Positions 60,990-64,000 of a DNA stretch of 64,000 bases are shown piece by piece. A program made the translations under genes and the position numbers. Each line of letters starts with the position of its first letter. Within the stretch, counting starts at the first letter, position 1. The stretch comes from Oceanispirochaeta sp. (GTDB lineage: Bacteria > Spirochaetota > Spirochaetia > DSM-2461). The DNA lies in NCBI GenBank assembly GCA_963663385.2, contig CAXXXD010000002.1, forward strand, positions 672,001 through 736,000, written 5' to 3'. The notes beneath the pieces were generated by a model. The model ran no database searches and was not told the DNA's origin. It saw only the letters and a program-made list of their open reading frames with translations.

Positions 60990-61754
60990 TCAGACAATGT
61001 AAAACTCAAGATTCATTTTTCTGATGATATCTACCTCTTCTTCAGAAATATTCGAATCAGTGATGGCGATGTCAAAATCCTCAAGATTTGAAAAATAGTT
61101 TGTATAGACTTCGCCGAATTTGGTTGAATCGGAGATGATAATCTTGGTCTGGCTTGATGCTATGGCCAACTGTTTTGTTTTGCACTCAAAAGGATTGGAA
61201 CAGGTTATTCCCAACTCGGTACTGATCCCCTTGGCTGTTATAAATGCTTTATTGGCACGGTTATGACGTAAAAGTTCCAATCCTTCTGAGCTTTCAAATA
61301 CCATGGAACTCGAATGGTAGTATCCTCCAGCGAGAATCAGTTTGCAATTTGGTTTTTTACTGATTTCACTTGCAATGTTCAGAGCAAAGCAAATAACTGT
61401 CAGAGGAATATCTGCGGGTATGAAGGAGGCAAGTATTTCACCGGTTGATCCGGCATCTATAAAAATTATGTCATTAGGTTCAATCAGGGATACCGCTTTT
61501 TTAGCGATTCTTCTTTTTTCCTGAATCATTGATATCCTGGCATTGTTCATGGAATAAACGTTTTCCTGCTTACTTTCCAGGAACATCACACCGCCATGGA
61601 TGATTTTTATCGGTTCCGATTTTGCCAGCAGTTCCAAGTCCCGTCTTATTGTCATATGGGACACAGAGAAAGCCTTCGCCAGTTCTAATATGGTCGCAGA
61701 CATATTGCTTTGTAAGTATTTGAGTATTAATTCTTTACGTTCACTACTATTCAT
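60990..61754 (-). CDS. DeoR/GlpR-family regulator
   Basis: FSVSHMTIRRDLELL HTH; IFIDAGST; DSTKFG. Confidence 0.94.
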   Translation of the reverse strand: MNSSERKELILKYLQSNMSATILELAKAFSVSHMTIRRDLELLAKSEPIKIIHGGVMFLESKQENVYSMNNARISMIQEKRRIAKKAVSLIEPNDIIFIDAGSTGEILASFIPADIPLTVICFALNIASEISKKPNCKLILAGGYYHSSSMVFESSEGLELLRHNRANKAFITAKGISTELGITCSNPFECKTKQLAIASSQTKIIISDSTKFGEVYTNYFSNLEDFDIAITDSNISEEEVDIIRKMNLEFYIV

Positions 61755-61940
61755 ATCATATATTATACCTGAAAATGTTAAAAATATAAGATATTTTTTT
61801 ATAATGTAAATAATATCATAATATATGATTGATTATGTGAAAAAATGTGAATTAATTATTTGACAGGATTAGCAAAGTGTTGTTAAAATAACATTAGATG
61901 TTAAATAAATAACATAAATATTTCAAATCAGGAAGGATAG

Positions 61941-62603
61941 ATGAATAATCTGGAAATAAAAATACCTTATTTAAGAAAAGTCGTTGACGGCGGTATGGAG
62001 ATGGTTAACAGGGGGTTGACCGTTGGGACATGGGGAAATATCAGTGTGCGTGACCCCGAGACAAATCTCTTTTACATTAAGCCCAGCGGAATGGTCTACA
62101 GCGAAATTACTCTGGAAGATGTCGTTGTAATGAACAGTGAGAAAGAAATCGTTTGGGGCCATCGAAAACCTTCAATCGAGTTTGATATGCACATCTCCAT
62201 TATGAATAAACGTGAAGATGTGAACTGTGTAATTCATACACATCCTATCTATTCCAGCGCCTTTGCGGTTGCCATTGAAGAGCTCCCTGGAGTCAGTGAA
62301 GATTTTGTACAGATCGTGGGTGACAAGGTTATCTGCTGTGATTATTCTCTTCCCGGTTCTCCTGAGCTGGCTGTCAATGTTGTTAAAGGTCTTGGTGAAA
62401 GAAATGCAGTTCTGATCCCCAATCATGGTACTGTATGTGTAGGAGTCGATGTCCCCAGTGCTCTGAAAATTTGTCATGTGGTTGAGAAAAATGCTCAGGT
62501 CTATATCCTGGCGAAAACTATAGGTACTCCTCAGGTGATTTCTGATGAGGATATTAAGGCTATGCAGTATTTTGCCAAAAATCTTTATGGACAGGGTAAA
62601 TAA
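61941..62603 (+). CDS. Class II aldolase/adducin family (FucA/AraD-like)
   Basis: GTWGNISVR, IKPSG, KPSIE, IHTHP, NHG. Confidence 0.92.
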   Translation: MNNLEIKIPYLRKVVDGGMEMVNRGLTVGTWGNISVRDPETNLFYIKPSGMVYSEITLEDVVVMNSEKEIVWGHRKPSIEFDMHISIMNKREDVNCVIHTHPIYSSAFAVAIEELPGVSEDFVQIVGDKVICCDYSLPGSPELAVNVVKGLGERNAVLIPNHGTVCVGVDVPSALKICHVVEKNAQVYILAKTIGTPQVISDEDIKAMQYFAKNLYGQGK

Positions 62604-62651
62604 CTAGACAATGTAAAAAAGTGAAAAAGTAATTAAGGAGGATTGTTATTT

Positions 62652-63599
62652 ATGCATTCGATTGAAAAAAATAGAATAATAGCTGTTCTTGAGAGGAACG
62701 GCATTTATATCGGATTTCTTCTGATCTTTATTCTGTTTTCTTTTTCAAGTCCCTATTTCTTTGATCTGAATAACATTAAAAACATTGTGGTTCAGTCATC
62801 TATTGTGGCCATTATCGCCATCGGTATGACAATGGTCATCCTGACAGGAGGAATAGAACTCAGTGTCGGTTCGGTTGTTGCTCTGTCATCCATGGTTTCG
62901 GCTATCTTTATAAGTAAAATGGGGCTTTCTGTAGGCGTCAGTGTTATTATCGGTATTCTGGTCGGTGCGCTGGCAGGGCTGACGAACGGTTTCATCATTA
63001 GTTATGGAAATGTTCCCGCCTTTATCACGACCCTGGGTATAATGGGATTTGCACGGGGGCTGGCTCTTTTTCTGACCGGAGGAAGACCTATCGCCGAGTT
63101 GCCTTTGAGCTATGAGGCTCTTGCCAGTTCAAGTCTTCTGGGAATCCCCGTTTTTATCGTCTATACCGTAATAGCCTACGGCTTGGCCTGGGTTTATCTG
63201 AACCTTTGTAAGGGCGGCCGATACATCTATGCCATCGGCGGTAACCGGGATTCGGCCCGACTTTCGGGAATCAACGTGAAGTTCCACGAAACCATGGCTT
63301 ATGTATTCTGCGGTCTTGCATCGGGTATCGGCGGAGTTCTGCTAACCGCCCGTCTTAACTATGCTACTCCTACAGCCGGTTCCGGCTTTGAGATGGACGC
63401 TATTGCGGCAGCCGTTATCGGAGGAACAAGTCTTGCCGGCGGTCAGGGAAATATCCTGGGAACTCTTCTGGGTGCAATCCTTATCGGGATGCTGAAGAAC
63501 GGCCTTACCCTGATGAATGTTTCTTCCTATCTGCAGCAGATGATTATCGGAGTTGTTATCGTATTAGCCGTATTCTTTGACAGATTTAAATCAAAATAA
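62652..63599 (+). CDS. Sugar ABC transporter permease (RbsC-like)
   Basis: ILTGGIELSVGS, PAFITTLG, YAIGGN..SARLSGI, IAAAVIGGTSLAGG. Confidence 0.93.
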   Translation: MHSIEKNRIIAVLERNGIYIGFLLIFILFSFSSPYFFDLNNIKNIVVQSSIVAIIAIGMTMVILTGGIELSVGSVVALSSMVSAIFISKMGLSVGVSVIIGILVGALAGLTNGFIISYGNVPAFITTLGIMGFARGLALFLTGGRPIAELPLSYEALASSSLLGIPVFIVYTVIAYGLAWVYLNLCKGGRYIYAIGGNRDSARLSGINVKFHETMAYVFCGLASGIGGVLLTARLNYATPTAGSGFEMDAIAAAVIGGTSLAGGQGNILGTLLGAILIGMLKNGLTLMNVSSYLQQMIIGVVIVLAVFFDRFKSK

Positions 63600-63643
63600 A
63601 TATCTACCTGGGGTAGGTGTTTAAAATATTAAAGGAGTCTTTT

Positions 63644-64000
63644 ATGAAAAAGTCAGTATTGTTTGTGTTGATTCTCTTGATGGCCGCTTCTTTCTCGTTT
63701 GCCAATGGGCAGCAGGCTGGATCGGATGAAAAGGTAATTGGTTTTATCCCCATGACCATGAATAATGAGTATTTTATTACCATGGTTAACGCAGCTGAAA
63801 AGGAGGCTGCAAAGCTGGGAGCTTCCTTGAGCGTTCAGGCCGGAGATTCGCACAGTTCTGCAGATGCACAGCTTATGATTATTGAGAATATGATTCAGCG
63901 TCATGTAGATGCCATCTGTATCGTTCCCAGCTCTTCAAGTTCCGTTATTGTTGCCTTGAAGAAAGCTGAAGCTGCCGGTATCCCCGTCATAAATATCGAT
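63644..64000 (+). CDS. Sugar ABC transporter substrate-binding protein (RbsB-like), runs off window
   Basis: MKKSVLFVLILLMAASFSFANGQQ...MNNEYFITMVNAA...VDAICIVP...GIPVINID; not in ORF track because it has no stop in the window. Confidence 0.9.
   Translation, partial: MKKSVLFVLILLMAASFSFANGQQAGSDEKVIGFIPMTMNNEYFITMVNAAEKEAAKLGASLSVQAGDSHSSADAQLMIIENMIQRHVDAICIVPSSSSSVIVALKKAEAAGIPVINID

Overview
Bacterial chromosomal window, probably from a free-living anaerobic spirochaete (inferred from a PlzA-like PilZ protein and a 'FANGQQ'-type solute-binding protein leader). No rRNA, tRNA, CRISPR array or intact transposase/integrase was seen. Left half: an interleaved segmental duplication. A B12/radical-SAM gene plus a divergent two-component pair occurs twice (5.6-8.9 kb and 18.3-21.6 kb), and recQ occurs once intact and once 3'-truncated, flanking a hexuronate catabolism cluster (uxaC, GntR, uxuB-like, uxuA). 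The first cassette copy is followed by a diguanylate cyclase. The second is followed by an unusual fusion of a homologous N-terminal domain, an intact GGDEF domain and a complete PTS Enzyme I. Middle: membrane-anchored AraC plus an MMPL/LolA-like/outer-membrane module; a TetR whose putative operator recurs at three promoters, one driving an HTH-less TetR paralogue coupled to an EAL phosphodiesterase; PilZ, two CheW, one intact and one decayed MCP; an Omp85-like barrel plus hydrolase; a TRAP transporter; and the speA-CASDH-nspC-speB spermidine operon. Right end: a LacI-controlled glycyl-radical enzyme of unclear substrate with its activase, next to DeoR, a class II aldolase and a sugar ABC transporter. 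Several pseudogenes have collapsed through multiple internal deletions.
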